A stretch of DNA of 64,000 nt from Eledone cirrhosa (taxonomy: Eukaryota). The stretch spans positions 68,634,001-68,698,000 of the forward strand of contig OZ024741.1 in assembly GCA_964016885.1 (NCBI GenBank), in the 5' to 3' direction. The first letter of the stretch is position 1; each line of letters begins with the position of its first letter. Below the pieces are notes generated by a model, which did not search any database, was not told where the DNA came from, and was given only the letters and a program-made list of their open reading frames with translations. This document shows, one piece after another, positions 12,690 to 26,530 of this stretch. Position numbers and translations under genes: made by a program.

Positions 12690-12779
<90 letters not shown>

Positions 12780-13504
12780 TTCAACCAGACAACAAACAGA
12801 GGTACAAAAGTCTTAGTTTCACGCTTTATATGGTAAAAGAGAGAGAGAAATTTCGACGTGTTGGGCTTTAACCCTTCTTCGAAAGTATAAAAATAGAGAC
12901 AGGAACACAAAGGATAGATACAGAAAATAAAGATAGACCAAGTAAAGTAACAAAGGGAAACCTTAAAAAATTATTTTAAAAAGTAAAAATACAAACGAAG
13001 AACACAGAACTCCAGAGTCATTGGCCGTTGAGGTGAACTTTGGCAGTTTCGAACCCTACCAACGGTACTGCTGGTCCAGCCCGGGATCACAGCTGTCCAG
13101 TGGAGTAAGAGACCAGGAACAAAACATTAATTTATAGCAATTAAACTACAACAAATACACATAGAATTTTCTGTGACGTGAGGGAAAAGGTGTGTTGCTT
13201 CTTATAGAATGATGAAGAAAAAAGTGAGATATCGCGTTAGAAAACGTGAGCCGTTGAAATGAAGAGGAGGAGAAGAGATAACATATACGTCACATTAGTG
13301 TTGATAAACTTAAGAAAATTAACAAAGCCTAAATCTCGATTTGGGGGCATTTAAGCTAGACCGACTAAATTAAATCAATTTTACTCATATAGTTCCCCAA
13401 CGATGGGTTCTGGAATCAAGAAATAATATTAAATATTCCCAAACTTTGGAATAACCATTATTGAAAGAATTCCAATTCCGTCTTCTGGATAAGTGGAGAC
13501 ATTG

Positions 13505-14580
13505 AAGATAAAACATAGAGACCATGTTGTTACCAAGATAAAACATAGGGACCAAGATAAAACATAGGGACCAAGATAAAACATAGAGACCATGTTGTTA
13601 CCAAGATAAAACATAGGGACCAAGATAAAACATAGGGACCAAGATAAAACATAGAGACCATGTTGTTACCAAGATAAAACATAGAGACCATGTTGTTACC
13701 AAGATAAAACATAGGGACCAAGATAAAACATATAGACCATGTTATTACCAAGATAAAACATAAAGACCATGTTGTTACCATGATAAAACATATAGACCAT
13801 GTTATTACCAAGATAAAACATATAGACCATGTTATTACCAAGATAAAACATATAGACCATGTTGTTGCCAAGATAAAACATAGGGACCAAGATAAAACAT
13901 ATAGACCATATTGTTACCAAGATAAAACATAGGGACCAAGATAAAACATATAGACCATGTTGTTACCAAGATAAAACATAAAGACCATGTTGTTACCAAG
14001 ATAAAACATAAAGACCATGTTGTTGCCAAGATAAAACATATAGAACATGTTGTTGCCAAGATAAAACATAGGGACCAAGATAAAACATAGAGACCATGTT
14101 GTTACCAAGATAAAACATATAGAACATGTTGTTACCAAAATAAAACATAAAGACCATGTTGTTGCCAAGATAAAACATATAGAACATGTTGTTGCCAAGA
14201 TAAAACATAGGGACCAAGATGAAAGATAGGGACCAAGATAAAACATAGAGACCATGTTGTTACCAAGATAAAACATATAGAACATGTTGTTACCAAGATA
14301 AAACATATAGAACATGTTGTTACCAAGATAAAACATAAAGACCATGTTGTTAACAAGATAAAACATATAGACCATGTTGTTACCAAGATAAAACATAGGG
14401 ACCAAGATAAAATATAGACCATGTCGTTGCCAAGATAAAACATATAGACCATGTTGTAGCCAAGATAAAACATATAGAGCATGTTGTTGCCAAGATAAAA
14501 TATAAAGACCATGTTGTTGCCAAGATAAAATATAAAGACCATGTTGTTGCCAAGATAAAACATAAAGACCATGTTGTTTC
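13505..14580. repeat. Minisatellite: 30 bp unit ACCAAGATAAAACATAGAGACCATGTTGTT mixed with 19 bp unit ACCAAGATAAAACATAGGG
   Basis: Direct tandem copies; no unique spacers. Confidence 0.95.
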
Positions 14581-15309
14581 TAAGAGCACATGGTGATCAA
14601 TGCATTTCGTCATTGAACTACTAAATGAATATATGTCTCTCTATGTTTTAGGACAATACGGCAGGCTTATAGTGACGCTAGAAATAGCAGCAAAAATTCG
14701 TCTAAATCTACTCTACAATGAAGGTGTAGCTAATACTAATTAAGAAGTTATTTGTCTGTAATATTTAGACATTTCAATGAGATGATAAAATATACAAATA
14801 AATTGTCAACTCAGAAGTGATTAAACATTAAATTTAAGCCCAAACCTTGATTTGGCGGGATATAAGCAAGGCTGACTAAAATAAATCAGTTTTATTCATA
14901 TAGTTCCCCTCATATGTATATACATATGTATGCAAGTTAATATATATGTATATTCACTTGCATATACATATTCAATTGCATATACATACACACACACGTG
15001 TATATCTTTACATATAAATACACACACATACAAATAAAATAATATATTTATATAAAGGGTGTGTCAGCTTTCCCTTAGTCACAATGAAAGGTTCACGACC
15101 TTCATAACGATTCAGATGAATAACTAAGTCAGGGCTCTTACGAAGTCACGCTTCGTTAGTACGTTAGTTTGGTGACCTTGCTGCAGTTTCATAAATAAAA
15201 AGGAGGAGAATATAAATTACGTAATTCATATTTACACCGAAAAGTTGAAAGGTAAAGTTGACCGCATCACGACTTCAACCCGACACTATTTCAATGGTAT
15301 CCACAAGGC

Positions 15310-15360
<51 letters not shown>

Positions 15361-15664
15361 CAAACTGACAAATGTTTCTGCCGGTATAGAATTTCCACGG
15401 TTGAATTATAATTATCATAATTTAACCTGTAGGATTCAATTCGGGATCGGCATCATCAGAATTCATTAATGACCTCATTAATATTTTAGAAATAAGCACA
15501 TACATATGTCGTACTAAACGTGGTTTAAATAAATCTTAAATTTTAAACCTTGAATATATCCAACTGCATGCCACCATTGATACCTCTGAACCAAATTATA
15601 AGTATGAACATAACACTTCTCAAAATATATACCTACTGTTTTATTAATAAGAAACGTCTTTTAA

Positions 15665-15855
15665 TAATTGTTTCTACTTTAGGCACAAGGCCAGCAATTA
15701 CCCAGTGCATTACTGGTACTTTATTTAATCGACCCCGTAAGGATGAAAAGCAAAGTCAACCTCGGCGGGATTTGAACTCAGATCGTAAAGGAACGTAACT
15801 ATGCTGGAAAGCATGGCGTCCAACCCTCTACCGATACTGCCAAACCAGCGCCCTT
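15665..15855 (-). mobile_element. tRNA-derived SINE
   Basis: Near-identical to 715-892. Confidence 0.85.
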
Positions 15856-15894
15856 CTTTTAATAATGACTCTAAACTTTTAAATACGATCTTTC

Positions 15895-16280
15895 AAAACA
15901 AGATTGTCTGTAATTGTAAGTCAAAATAAGATCCTCTGTAATTGTAAGTCAAAATAAGATCCTCTGTAATTGTAAGTCAAAATAAGATCCTCTGTAATTG
16001 TAAGTCAAAGTAAGATTCTCTGTAAGTCGAAATAAGATTGTCTGTAATTGTAAGTCAAAATAAGACTCTCTGTAATTGTAAGTCAAAATAAGACTCTCTG
16101 TAATTGTAAGTCAAAATAAGACTCTCTGTAAGTCAAAATAAGATTGTCTGTAATTGTAAGTCAAAATAAGATCCTCTGTAATTGTAAGTCAAAATAAGAT
16201 TGTCTGTAATTGTAAGTCAAAATAAGATTGTCTGTAATTGTAAGTCAAAACAAGATTGTCTGTAATTGTAAGACAAAATA
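15895..16280. repeat. Minisatellite, 28 bp unit AGATCCTCTGTAATTGTAAGTCAAAATA
   Basis: About 14 tandem copies, two shortened to 22 bp. Confidence 0.95.
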
Positions 16281-18299
16281 AGATCGTCTTTAATTGTAAC
16301 ATCCTCTCTATCCACCATATTGCTCTCACAAACCTAGTCATCTCTTCATCATTGCCATACTTGAACTACTTTACAATGGCTTTTCGAAATGGTCTTTTTG
16401 AAATTTTCGGGAAACTTCTGTAAATTGTTAGCATAATAAATAATTAATGCGTGCTTTTATGTGATTAATTGTTACTATATGTGAAATATTAATAAAGCCT
16501 TTAATAAACTCTGATGATACCGATCTGGAATTGAAACCCACGGGTTATATTTTAATATTATAACCCAACAATAGAAACTCTATACTGGCAGAAACATTTG
16601 TCAGTGTGATAATACTTTCAATCTTCGGTGTTTCTGAAATTAATGTATAACAGTTCTGCGTGATCCCCACTGCATTGAGCTTTAAATCAACGGGTAAGTG
16701 AGTTTAACTACTCCAGTTAATATTATCATAAGCCTAATATTAATACAACTATTATCCGTAACAACAGTCTACCACACACATTCTCTCTCTATTTGTCTCT
16801 CTACACAACGAATGAAGTAAAGAATGATTTGCTTTTCTAAATATAATGTGTGAAATATTCTGACTTATGTTTCTATTGTTCTATCAGAGGTAGGGAGTCA
16901 TACCACTTTGTAAATGTCCAATGCAGGAACTGGCCATACTATAAATTGTGGTCCCCTGGAATTTGAAAAGATAGTTTCTTCCCTCGATTCTCCCCGTGGT
17001 GCACAACAATTCCAATAATTCTTGACACTGTTCATTCCGGTGTCCCTTTAATATAAATACTATATTTGTTTCTACTTTAGGCACAAGGCCATTATCGGGA
17101 AAATAGTCTAGTGCGTTAGAACTGATTGACTTTGATTCGATTCTGACCTACTTAATCAGACATTTCATCTGCGATGTATTTCTAACTGTTCGTAGACATG
17201 GCAGCGAACACCCTCTGTAGAACATTAGAACACTAGAACACTCTGCAAAGCAATGACGCCACAGAAACATTAGACAGATTTGAGAAATATGTGAATTGAA
17301 CGGAATTAATATTCACCACAGAAGATATAATCACTTACGCTAAACAGAAACATTTGATACAGATATGGGGCGGTGATGATTTCTTGACCCTCTTCTATCA
17401 TACAAGAGAAGTCAAAACAAGATTCTTTCAGTCAAACCGTAACAAACATCGAGGAACGTTTAAAACAACAATCAATCAGGTATAACCCATGCACACACTC
17501 TTTTGTGACATGCCTCGGAAGTTAGTGTTAGGGTTAGATTTTTCAGACTGGTATACTCGAGGTTTAGAGGAAGCAATGAGAGGTCAACTGGATAACTATA
17601 CATCAGAGATGCCTTCACCTTCGGAGAAAGCCCTACAAGAATTATGGAACACTGGTTTAGACTAGTGTGTACGCTTGAGACTACTGACAAGCAAGTAGAC
17701 CATATGTCGTAAGCAGAAACTGTACATACTATTAAGACTCCCCGAAAGACCCACAACAATAGAGCTACATTGACAAATTTGGATACGAGAAATAAAAGGC
17801 TCATCAAAAGGAATCATGTCCAGCAAAAGGCAAAAAATATTTAGTTTGTATGGGCAAGTGAACATTGTGTGAAGGCTAATGTTTTAATGTTTTCAGTGGG
17901 AAAATGTCAGGCCGTAAGATATCAAACATAAAGGATCTTGCTGTGCATAACAACGATTCAGATTCCAGCGGTGGTGTCGTACACAATGATGCTGGTCACG
18001 TAGTTGTGGGATCTGTAGCCTCAGATAAGACATGTGGCTATGAAACTCTGAAAGTCTATAAATGACATTCAAACGAGTTGATTTTAGCTGTGGTAAGAGT
18101 TTAAGAAACACCAAGTTGACGCCTTATAGTACAAAACAACTACTCCCAACCGAAGGTCGTACAAAAGTAACACTATGTTCAATAGCTGATGCAAAACACG
18201 ACTCGTCGATTTACATTGTAGAAGATAAAACTGAATTCTAGTTCGGTTGCGAAGATACCAAGGTACTTGTCATTTTGAAAATTAATCCACACAGATTAG

Positions 18300-19250
18300 A
18301 AGACGTTGTTGTCAACTACCGAGCTTCATAGAAAAGATCTCCACGAATTTGATCCCATAACTGATGAAATTGGATCATTCAATGATAAGGAAATTGAGTT
18401 TAAGATAGGTACCCATGTTACACAAGTAGTACAACGATTTTGTCCCTTCTCTCTGGCATAGAGAGAAAAAGTTGATGAACACCTAGATGGACGTTTGGCT
18501 AATAATATTGTCGAGGTACCCTCGAACTCTAAAGAAGATTTAGAAGGGTTCTCTAATTTAGTTATTACTAAGTGGGGAGACGGTAACAACATTCGCTTGA
18601 CAGTAGACATACGAGACGCAAACATATTAATCAAGCGAACACACTACACCATTCCACCAATACTTCAGATCCGCCAATCTTTAAATACTTAAAAAAACTA
18701 GATCTGAATCATGCCTTCCACCAAATGCCCCTCAATAAGCAATCAAGACACTTCACAAACTTTCGCATTCATTTTGGCATGTTCCGATTTAAGCGTCTAA
18801 TTATGGATGCCTCACTTGCGAATAAGGACTTCCACGAGAAATAACTTCGAGCCGTTTGTGATTTATCAGGGTACATGATGTACAAATAAAAGACGATACT
18901 ATCATACATGACACAGATCAACAAGATCAACATTTAAGAATAATGCTGCAAAGACTCAGTGATAAGAGTTTTACTCTGCGTAGAGACAAATTTGAATGGA
19001 ACAAATCAAAAGTGCATTATTTTGGCTACAAATTCTTACCGAAAGGCATGTCTGCGAACCCTGTCAAAGTGGCAGCAATCACCAAACTCGCTAGCCCGAA
19101 ATCGGCGGCTGAGGTGAAACATTTTATGCAAATTTGCCAATATAACATCCATTTCACCTTTCAAACAGGTGTAGAAACATTCAGCGACACGACTGCACCC
19201 CTTCAGGCCTTGTTGAAAAAAGAGCAGAGATTTGAATGGACATGAATATG
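18300..19250 (+). pseudogene. Gypsy pol reverse transcriptase remnant
   Basis: IRLTVDIRDAN, KLDLNHAFHQMPL..SRHFTNF..GMFRFKRL, LRRDKFEW..VHYFG, TAPLQALLKKEQRFEWT. Confidence 0.85.
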
Positions 19251-19631
19251 AATCAACTGTACAAAAGCTGAAATCCACCCTAACGAATGAAAAAGGGGTT
19301 GCAGCGAGAAGGTGTTAGGGGGGGATGTTGAGGCTTTGCATGTGTGTGGGGGCTGGAAGCCCCTTTAGTTTGGTAAGTTTTATAAGTCAGATTTGTACGT
19401 CTCTTAGACAGCCAGTGCGAATGCATTTGAATGAAAAAAACGAAGAAAATAAATAAAAGAAGCTTGTCAACGGATTCCCTAAAGAGATAAAAGAAAAACA
19501 AAAGAAATCAAAGAAAATGAACATAAGAAAGTCAACTTTGACAACAGTTACAAGAACAACTTCAACAGAAATGCACACTTGCATACGTACATACATACAT
19601 ACTCACACACACACACACACGCACACGCACG

Positions 19632-19722
<91 letters not shown>

Positions 19723-19964
19723 ACAGAGGCCTGCGTTAGTGTTTGATGAGGTTGAGTACCTGGTCAGCTTTCAGCCAGAGTTGTGGTATTTAATCTCCCT
19801 ATGTAATAAAATCTGGAGGCTGAATTGTCTCCGTACCCACCAAAAAACCCCCACAAATAATCATGTCAACATTCTTACACACTTTAATAATAAATGCACG
19901 TATATATACAGTTGTATAAATGCATAGCCATATACATACGTAAATGTATGTATGTATACATTGG

Positions 19965-20570
19965 TGTATACTTGGTGCTACTGGTAACATGTATCCCAGT
20001 ACAACCTGTCTCATGGTCGGGTCGTTGGCGACTAAACTGGCAACCCCACCAAGGTTTCTTGGTGAGGAGGGTGACTTTGGACATCCTGCAGGACTAAAAA
20101 CAAAACCTGTCAAAGGGCAAAGGAGCTCTTAAGAGTCAATGGCCATCCAAAATCACAGGGAGAGATGACCCCTTAGCCTTTGTCAAGGCAGAACTCTAGG
20201 AGAAAGAAAACTCTGATATAACACCTGCAACCCTGATGGTATCCAATGATTTTGACTTGTTCTTCTTTTTGGTAAATATCATCTTGGTTAAGAGAGTGGG
20301 ACTGGCTTTGTACAGTGCTTTTGCTCACTATAAAAGCTTCACGGCACAGGCATTGCTTTATATCTGGAGATCTCTCTGCACTTGCCATCACATGGTACCA
20401 TGGGCCCAGCACTGTGTGTCAATAATTGTCACAAGTGTAGTGTTTGTACCAGAGTTTTCAAGTCGCTGGCTGGACTAAAAAGTCACACTTGTTCAGCGCA
20501 TCGGTAGGGGTTCTCCTACATGGATATAAAATAGTGGCCATACTCGAAAACGAGTTGGCAGCCACCATGT
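19965..20570 (+). mobile_element. Probable LINE (RTE-like) 5' UTR fragment
   Basis: Related pieces at 890-952 (minus) and 33700-33960; CTAGGAGAA(A/G)G..AACTC motif; family assignment is tentative. Confidence 0.45.
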
Positions 20571-20730
20571 ATGTAGATTTTTATATATATATATATAAAT
20601 CTACATACATACATACATACATTTATGTATGTATATATGTATGTATATATGTAGATTTATATATATATATATAAATCTACATACATACATACATTTATGT
20701 AAGTATATATGTATGTATGTATATATGTAG

Positions 20731-20766
<36 letters not shown>

Positions 20767-20781
20767 CTACATACATACATC

Positions 20782-20858
20782 TCTAGGGCGGGTAAAATTC
20801 CCGAGATCCATGGACAAGTTCTCTCCAGCGGTCTCTGTCCATCATTATCGCTGCCATG
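20782..20858 (-). mobile_element. Short RTE-like LINE 3' end with (ATGT)n tail
   Basis: Minus strand reads IMMDRDRWRELVHG...stop, followed by ATGT repeats. Confidence 0.5.
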
Positions 20859-21099
20859 TCATACATACATACATACATACATACATACATACATACATAC
20901 ATACATACATACATACATTTACGTATGTATATATACATGCATTTATATTTAAGTGTCACACATATATATATATATATATATTATCTCTTTTCAGTCTGGT
21001 CTACCATGTTTGAGCCCCCTGTTGGAGATAGAGATAGACGTGTACCCCTCCCCCCACACACATTTCTTACTCTCTCTGTCTGTCCCGCTTTCTCTCTTC

Positions 21100-21140
<41 letters not shown>

Positions 21141-22005
21141 GACAGTGGGGAAGAAAAAATGGCTTCATTTGTGCTTTCAACAAATTTATTTTCTTCACAA
21201 AATCCAAAAAGAATTTTTTTCCGGATTAGAAAAATTTTTTTTCTTAAAATAAATTATTTTATAAATTAAGTTGTTGGTTGTTGGTTAGGTCTTAGGAGTT
21301 CTTGGTTAACGTAGGAGGTATTGTTTCGTTTTTAGAAAGACCTTTCACGCTGAGGTGCGCTTGTCAAACTGATGTGTATGTGGTGTGTTGTTCTATATAT
21401 AGGGATTTAACATGTCTGTGGCGTGGTGGCGGTTTCTTTTCTCCCCCTTTAATAAGTGCATGGGTGTAGGTGTGTTGAAAAAGTGTTAATAGCAGTAATG
21501 AGTTGAGACGGTGAGTAGGGTTGGGTGGGGAGAAATGTAGCAAGTGCGGCCTGCCCGGTCATTCTCGAAAAATTCCTTTATTCAGGGGAAAAAGCTTTTA
21601 GTATTGCTTTTGTGTTGAGAATGGTCACAGGCAAATCGCACCTGTCAAGTTTGTGAATAATTATTTTTTTTTTTTTTCCTGAAGAATTTTTCTACGTCCA
21701 TCCCAAAGTTAGTCCTTTGTTCAACACACACATATGTGCGCATATACGTACATACACACACGAGCATATGTAGGAATATATAGGCACACACCATCAATCA
21801 CACACCCATGTACAAATACATCCACATACATACACAAAAACATATAGAGATACATATAAAAACACACATACACATACGTACACACACGAATATGTACTCA
21901 TACCTCCACATGGGTATATATATATACATATATATATACATACATATATATATATATATACATACATATACACATACACACACATACACACACACATATA
22001 TATAT

Positions 22006-22102
<97 letters not shown>

Positions 22103-22464
22103 TACATACATATACATACATACATATACATACATATACACACATAAAGATACATAACTAAATATACATATATACACACATGTGTGTGTATATATATGTG
22201 TGTGTGTATAGTATTGAAGTTTGCTTGAAGCATTGTGGAATAATAAGGTAAATTTCTTTAAGTCGTTTGGAAGCCTAGACAATGCAAATGGGTAAATCTC
22301 CGGGTAACAAGATCCGGTGGTGGAGAGAGAGAGAGAGATGTAAATGGGTGTACGTTGAGATGCGTGGCGTGTATAAGACGTGTAGAGGAACGAAGGAAAG
22401 AGCGTAAAGGTTAAAAATAAAAATAACAACACGAGAGAGAGTTACCTTGGGAGAGATTTAATTG

Positions 22465-22502
22465 TCCCTATATATTTCGGATTCACATCCATCAACTGGG
22501 GA
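22465..22502 (-). ncRNA. Hammerhead-like motif with strongly variant core
   Basis: TCCC-CAGTTGAT-GGAT gtga ATCC-GAAA-TATA-TA-GGGA; copies at 24787-24820 and 33488-33522. Confidence 0.5.
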
Positions 22503-23955
22503 TTTTTTCCGGGGTGGGGAAAGGTTGTCTGTCGGAAAGGTGCGAAACGTGTCCTCCGCTCTTCGTTGTTTTGAATATCTGAGGTATTCAGCAGAGCGTG
22601 CGTGCGCGTGAAATGGGGTCGGTCAGGCAGAGGTCAGCGGCTGAAGTAGTTCTTTCAATTGTGGGAGTGGGGGGACGCTAGCTGTCAGTCCATTCTCTGC
22701 CTGTTTGTTGAATGTCACTGTGTGTGTGTGTGCGTGTGTTGTTGTCTCGCTTGAGTGTGTGTGTGTGTGCGTGTGTTGTTGCCTTGTTCCTCTGTATTGG
22801 CAGTGTAGTATGTTCGTATGGTGGAGTGCTACTGTGTTTGTGTGTGCGTGTGTTGCTGTCTCGCTTGTGTGTGTGTGCGTGTGTTGCTGCATCGTTTGTT
22901 ATATTAAACCAACCACCTCATTTCTCTTCTCTCGGATCGGTTGTTTAATTGTGGCATTAGGCGTCTGATCCAAAGTGCTTCCTTGATACGTAACGTGCCG
23001 ACGTTTCTTTCTGTCACTAGAATTGTGACAATGGGCTTTCCGTCTGTGTTGCCGCATTTGGCTATGTGTTTCCGGAAAGACGAGGCCCTGGTTTTAGTGT
23101 GTTCCTTGATCCGGATGTGCAACGGCCGGATTGTGCTAACTATATAGTATTGGTTGCACTTGTTACATTCTATCTTATACACGACGTATGTGCGTAGGCA
23201 ACAGTTCGCATGGCGCATCGGGCAGTCTCTGAGGGAGCACGCGTCAGTTGATTTCCCGGGTTTCTGGAGAGGCATCTTCGCAGGGAGGGACCCGATTGGG
23301 CAAGGTGGATGTCGAGGCCCTCCCTCCGTATAGCCTTGCGGGTAGCGTTGGTGGTATTCTCGCGCAGGTGTGGCATTTTAAGGAAGCACTTGCCTTGGGT
23401 GCCTCTCTGTCTCTTGTGTCTGGTGTCTCCTACTCTGTCTGTGAGCGAGGTAGGATACCCGTTCGTCTCCAGCACCTCGAGGAATCGCTTGGTATGAGTG
23501 ACACCACTCGCGGGATCGCTGCATCTGTTTTCGATTCGCGCGATCTCGTTCGTGATGTATCCTCTTTTAGGACTGTTAGGGAGGGCGGACTTGTAGTGGA
23601 TGAAGAAGTCCCTGCAGGCTGCCTTTCGGTAGAAGTTGCAGTGGATCCCTGCCTGTTCCGTGATGTTGATTCGGAAGTCGAGGAAGGCAAGTGATCCGTC
23701 TTCGTTGGGGTGTTCAACACTGAAGTCAATGTTCTCATCCGTGTTGTTGAACGTCTCATAGATTCTGTTCGCTGTGTCTTGGGAAGATGTGAGGATGAGG
23801 ATATCGTCCACGTACCTTGAGAAAAAGGCGACGGCGTTTGGGTGGCAGGCGTTGACTGCCTTCGCTCGAGTTTGTCCATGTAAGAGATCGCTAAAACACC
23901 CGACAGGCTTGATCCCATGGGCAGTCCTGAGGTTTGTTGGTATGTTTGGTCAAGG

Positions 23956-24386
23956 CAATACGGAGGGAGGACCTCGACATCCACCTGGCCCACTCGGGTC
24001 CCTCCCTGCGAAGAGGCTTCTCCAGGAAACCCGGGAAATCAACTGACGCCTGCTCCCTCAGAGACTGCCCGATGCGCCATGCGAACTGTTGCTTACGCAC
24101 ATACGTCGTGTATAAGATAGAATGTAACAAGTGCAACCAATACTACATAGGTAGCACAATCCGGCCGTTGCACATCCGGATCAAGGAACACACTAAAACC
24201 AGGGCCTCGTCTTTCCGGAAACACATAGCCAAATGCGGAAACAAAGACGGAAGGCCCATTGTCACAATTCTAGTGACAGAAAGAAACGTCGGCACGTTAC
24301 GTATCAAGGAAGCACTTTGGATCAAACGCCTAGGGCTACAATTAAACAACCGATCTGAGAGAAGCGAAATGAGGTGGTTGGTTTAA
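23956..24386 (+). pseudogene. Duplicated GIY-YIG endonuclease segment in the inverted arm, still open
   Basis: CSLRDCP..CC, VVYKIEC..CNQYYIGST, RIKEH, IKEA, LNNRSE. Confidence 0.85.
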
Positions 24387-25027
24387 GTTAACAAACGATG
24401 CAGCAACACACGCACACACACACAAGCGAGACAGCAACACACGCACACCACACACAGTAGCACTCCACCATACGAACATACTACACTGCCAATAGAGAGG
24501 AACAAGGCAACAACACACGCACACACACACACACTCAAGCGAGACAACAACACACGCACACACACACACAGTGACATTCAACAAACAGGCAGAGAATGGA
24601 CTGACAGCTAGCGTCACCCCACTCCCACAATTGAAAGAACTACTTCAGCCGCTGACCTCTGCCTGACCGACCCCATTTCACGCGCACGCACGCTCTGCTG
24701 AATACCTCAGATATTCAAAACAACGAAGAGCGGAGGACACGTTTCGCACCTTTCCGACAGACAACCTTTCCCCACCGCGGAAAAAATCTCCAGTTGATGG
24801 ATGTGAATCCGAAATATATTTTAAATTAAATCTCTCCCAAGGTAACTTTCTCTCGTGTTGTTATTTTTATTTTTATCCTTTACGCTCTTTCCTTCATTCC
24901 TCTACACGTCTTCCACACGCCACACATCTCAACGTATATCCACTTAGATCTCTTTCTCTCCACCACCGGATCTTGTTACCCGGAGATTTACCCATTTGCA
25001 TTGTCGAGGCTTCCAAAAGAATTAAAG

Positions 25028-25079
<52 letters not shown>

Positions 25080-25220
25080 GAAAAGTATAGAAAACATTGT
25101 AGCGAAAAGCCAACAGTATTCCATATTTGGCGTTGTTGAAAAGAGCAGTAGCCTTTGACCTGGCAATAAAAACTGGAGACAAATTCTTTCTGTACCCAAA
25201 TCAAGGCGCACACACACACA

Positions 25221-25304
<84 letters not shown>

Positions 25305-26149
25305 CGTTCTTGCGCGTTTATGTGTGTGTGTGTGTGTCTATGTATATATATAAGGGATACAGATATGGCGTTCTCACTGTCTCCAATCTTCTCAATTCAT
25401 TTGTTGCTACTAAGTATTTTATTTTGCTACGAGGTATTTTATTTTGTAAGGTACTATTTTCCCCTTGAGTTTGTGATTTCAGAGAAAGGTAACAAATTCT
25501 TCATATTTTGCATCTTTTGTATTTTGACTTTACGGTTTGAATTGTAGAATTGTCTATCCACTCAAAATATTACAACAGCTAACAGTGAAATATAGAATTT
25601 AAAAAAAAAAGCTTTTTCGACTGAGATCAAATCTTTTTTTTTTTTTCAAAATTATATAATTTGAAATAGATTGCTTTTGTTTTGGACTGAAACTTTTTTG
25701 TATTTAACTCGTGCGAGTATTTTTTAAAGATTCTAACATAACTTGATTTGGCCCAGTAATCTACTGATATCAAAATCAGTAGTATATTGAAAAATAGAAA
25801 AATAGGGTAGGGGGCGTTTCGTGATTTCGAGGGCCGAAATGGGTTGAGAACCTTTGCTTTACAGGATACAGTCTACCATAACCATTGGCCACCCGTCACT
25901 CCTTACCTTCTATAACAACCCAAGACGTAACGGACCAAATCGCATTAACAATCACCGGGTAAAGCTACTTTGTTATTAAGTATGAACCTGGGCGATTCAA
26001 TTCCTTTGACTACCAAAGCCACCATTCATTTCTTTTCAGCAACTTCTCTGGTAGAGATAGGGAGGGACTTGGAATCGAGGATGGCAGTGAATACTACACC
26101 AACACAATCATTGTTAATGACTCCCAGATGAGTTTATACTAGACATTTT

Positions 26150-26530
26150 CAAAAGGGAAACTAACAATGATAACACCTTAGCTATGCTTAAAGCTGACAT
26201 ATTGAACTGGCAATTGTTATTCCTACTAAGCTACAAGCTGATGTTATTGCTCTTGTCCACAAAGGGCACCAGAGAGGGGCAAAAACAAAACGATATCTGC
26301 GAATTAGTCTGTGGTTCACCAATATGGACAAAATGACCGAAGATGTACCAGAAGTTGTAAAGCTTGTTTAGCCGCAGCGTTTCAGCATTGCAGTAAACCA
26401 TTAAAGCCATGTTCCCTTCCAGAAAGGCCGATGCAAAATCTGAGCATGAATTTTAAATGACCTGTTGGAGGAAATTAAAGTTTGTCTTCCTGATAGATGG
26501 GTACAGCCGTTTCTCCGAAGTAGATAGTGA
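26150..26530 (+). pseudogene. Gypsy integrase N-terminal remnant (HHCC and start of core)
   Basis: IVIPTKLQADVIALVHKGHQ..KTKRYLR..LWF..SCKAC..LPERP..FVFLIDGYSRF. Confidence 0.8.

Larger units (their letters stand above)
22251..25030 (-). mobile_element. 5'-truncated Penelope-like element (Nematis/Neptune-like) with ~1.08 kb inverted pseudo-LTR
   Basis: Minus strand QTSGLPMGSSLSGVLA, RYVDDIL, LAFLD, FYRK, VVYKIECNKCNQYYI; 23951-25030 is a reverse-complement copy of 22251-23338; (TA)n at or near both ends. Confidence 0.9.

Noticed and set aside
13505-14580. CRISPR-like regular repeats (also 15895-16280 and 40968-42366)
   Set aside because: Head-to-tail units with no unique spacers, no cas genes, eukaryotic context
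19990-20075. Possible HDV-like or twister ribozyme in the LINE-like 5' fragment
   Set aside because: CCAGT/ACTGG and GTCG/CGAC pairings exist, but a full pseudoknot could not be assembled and the second copy does not keep them
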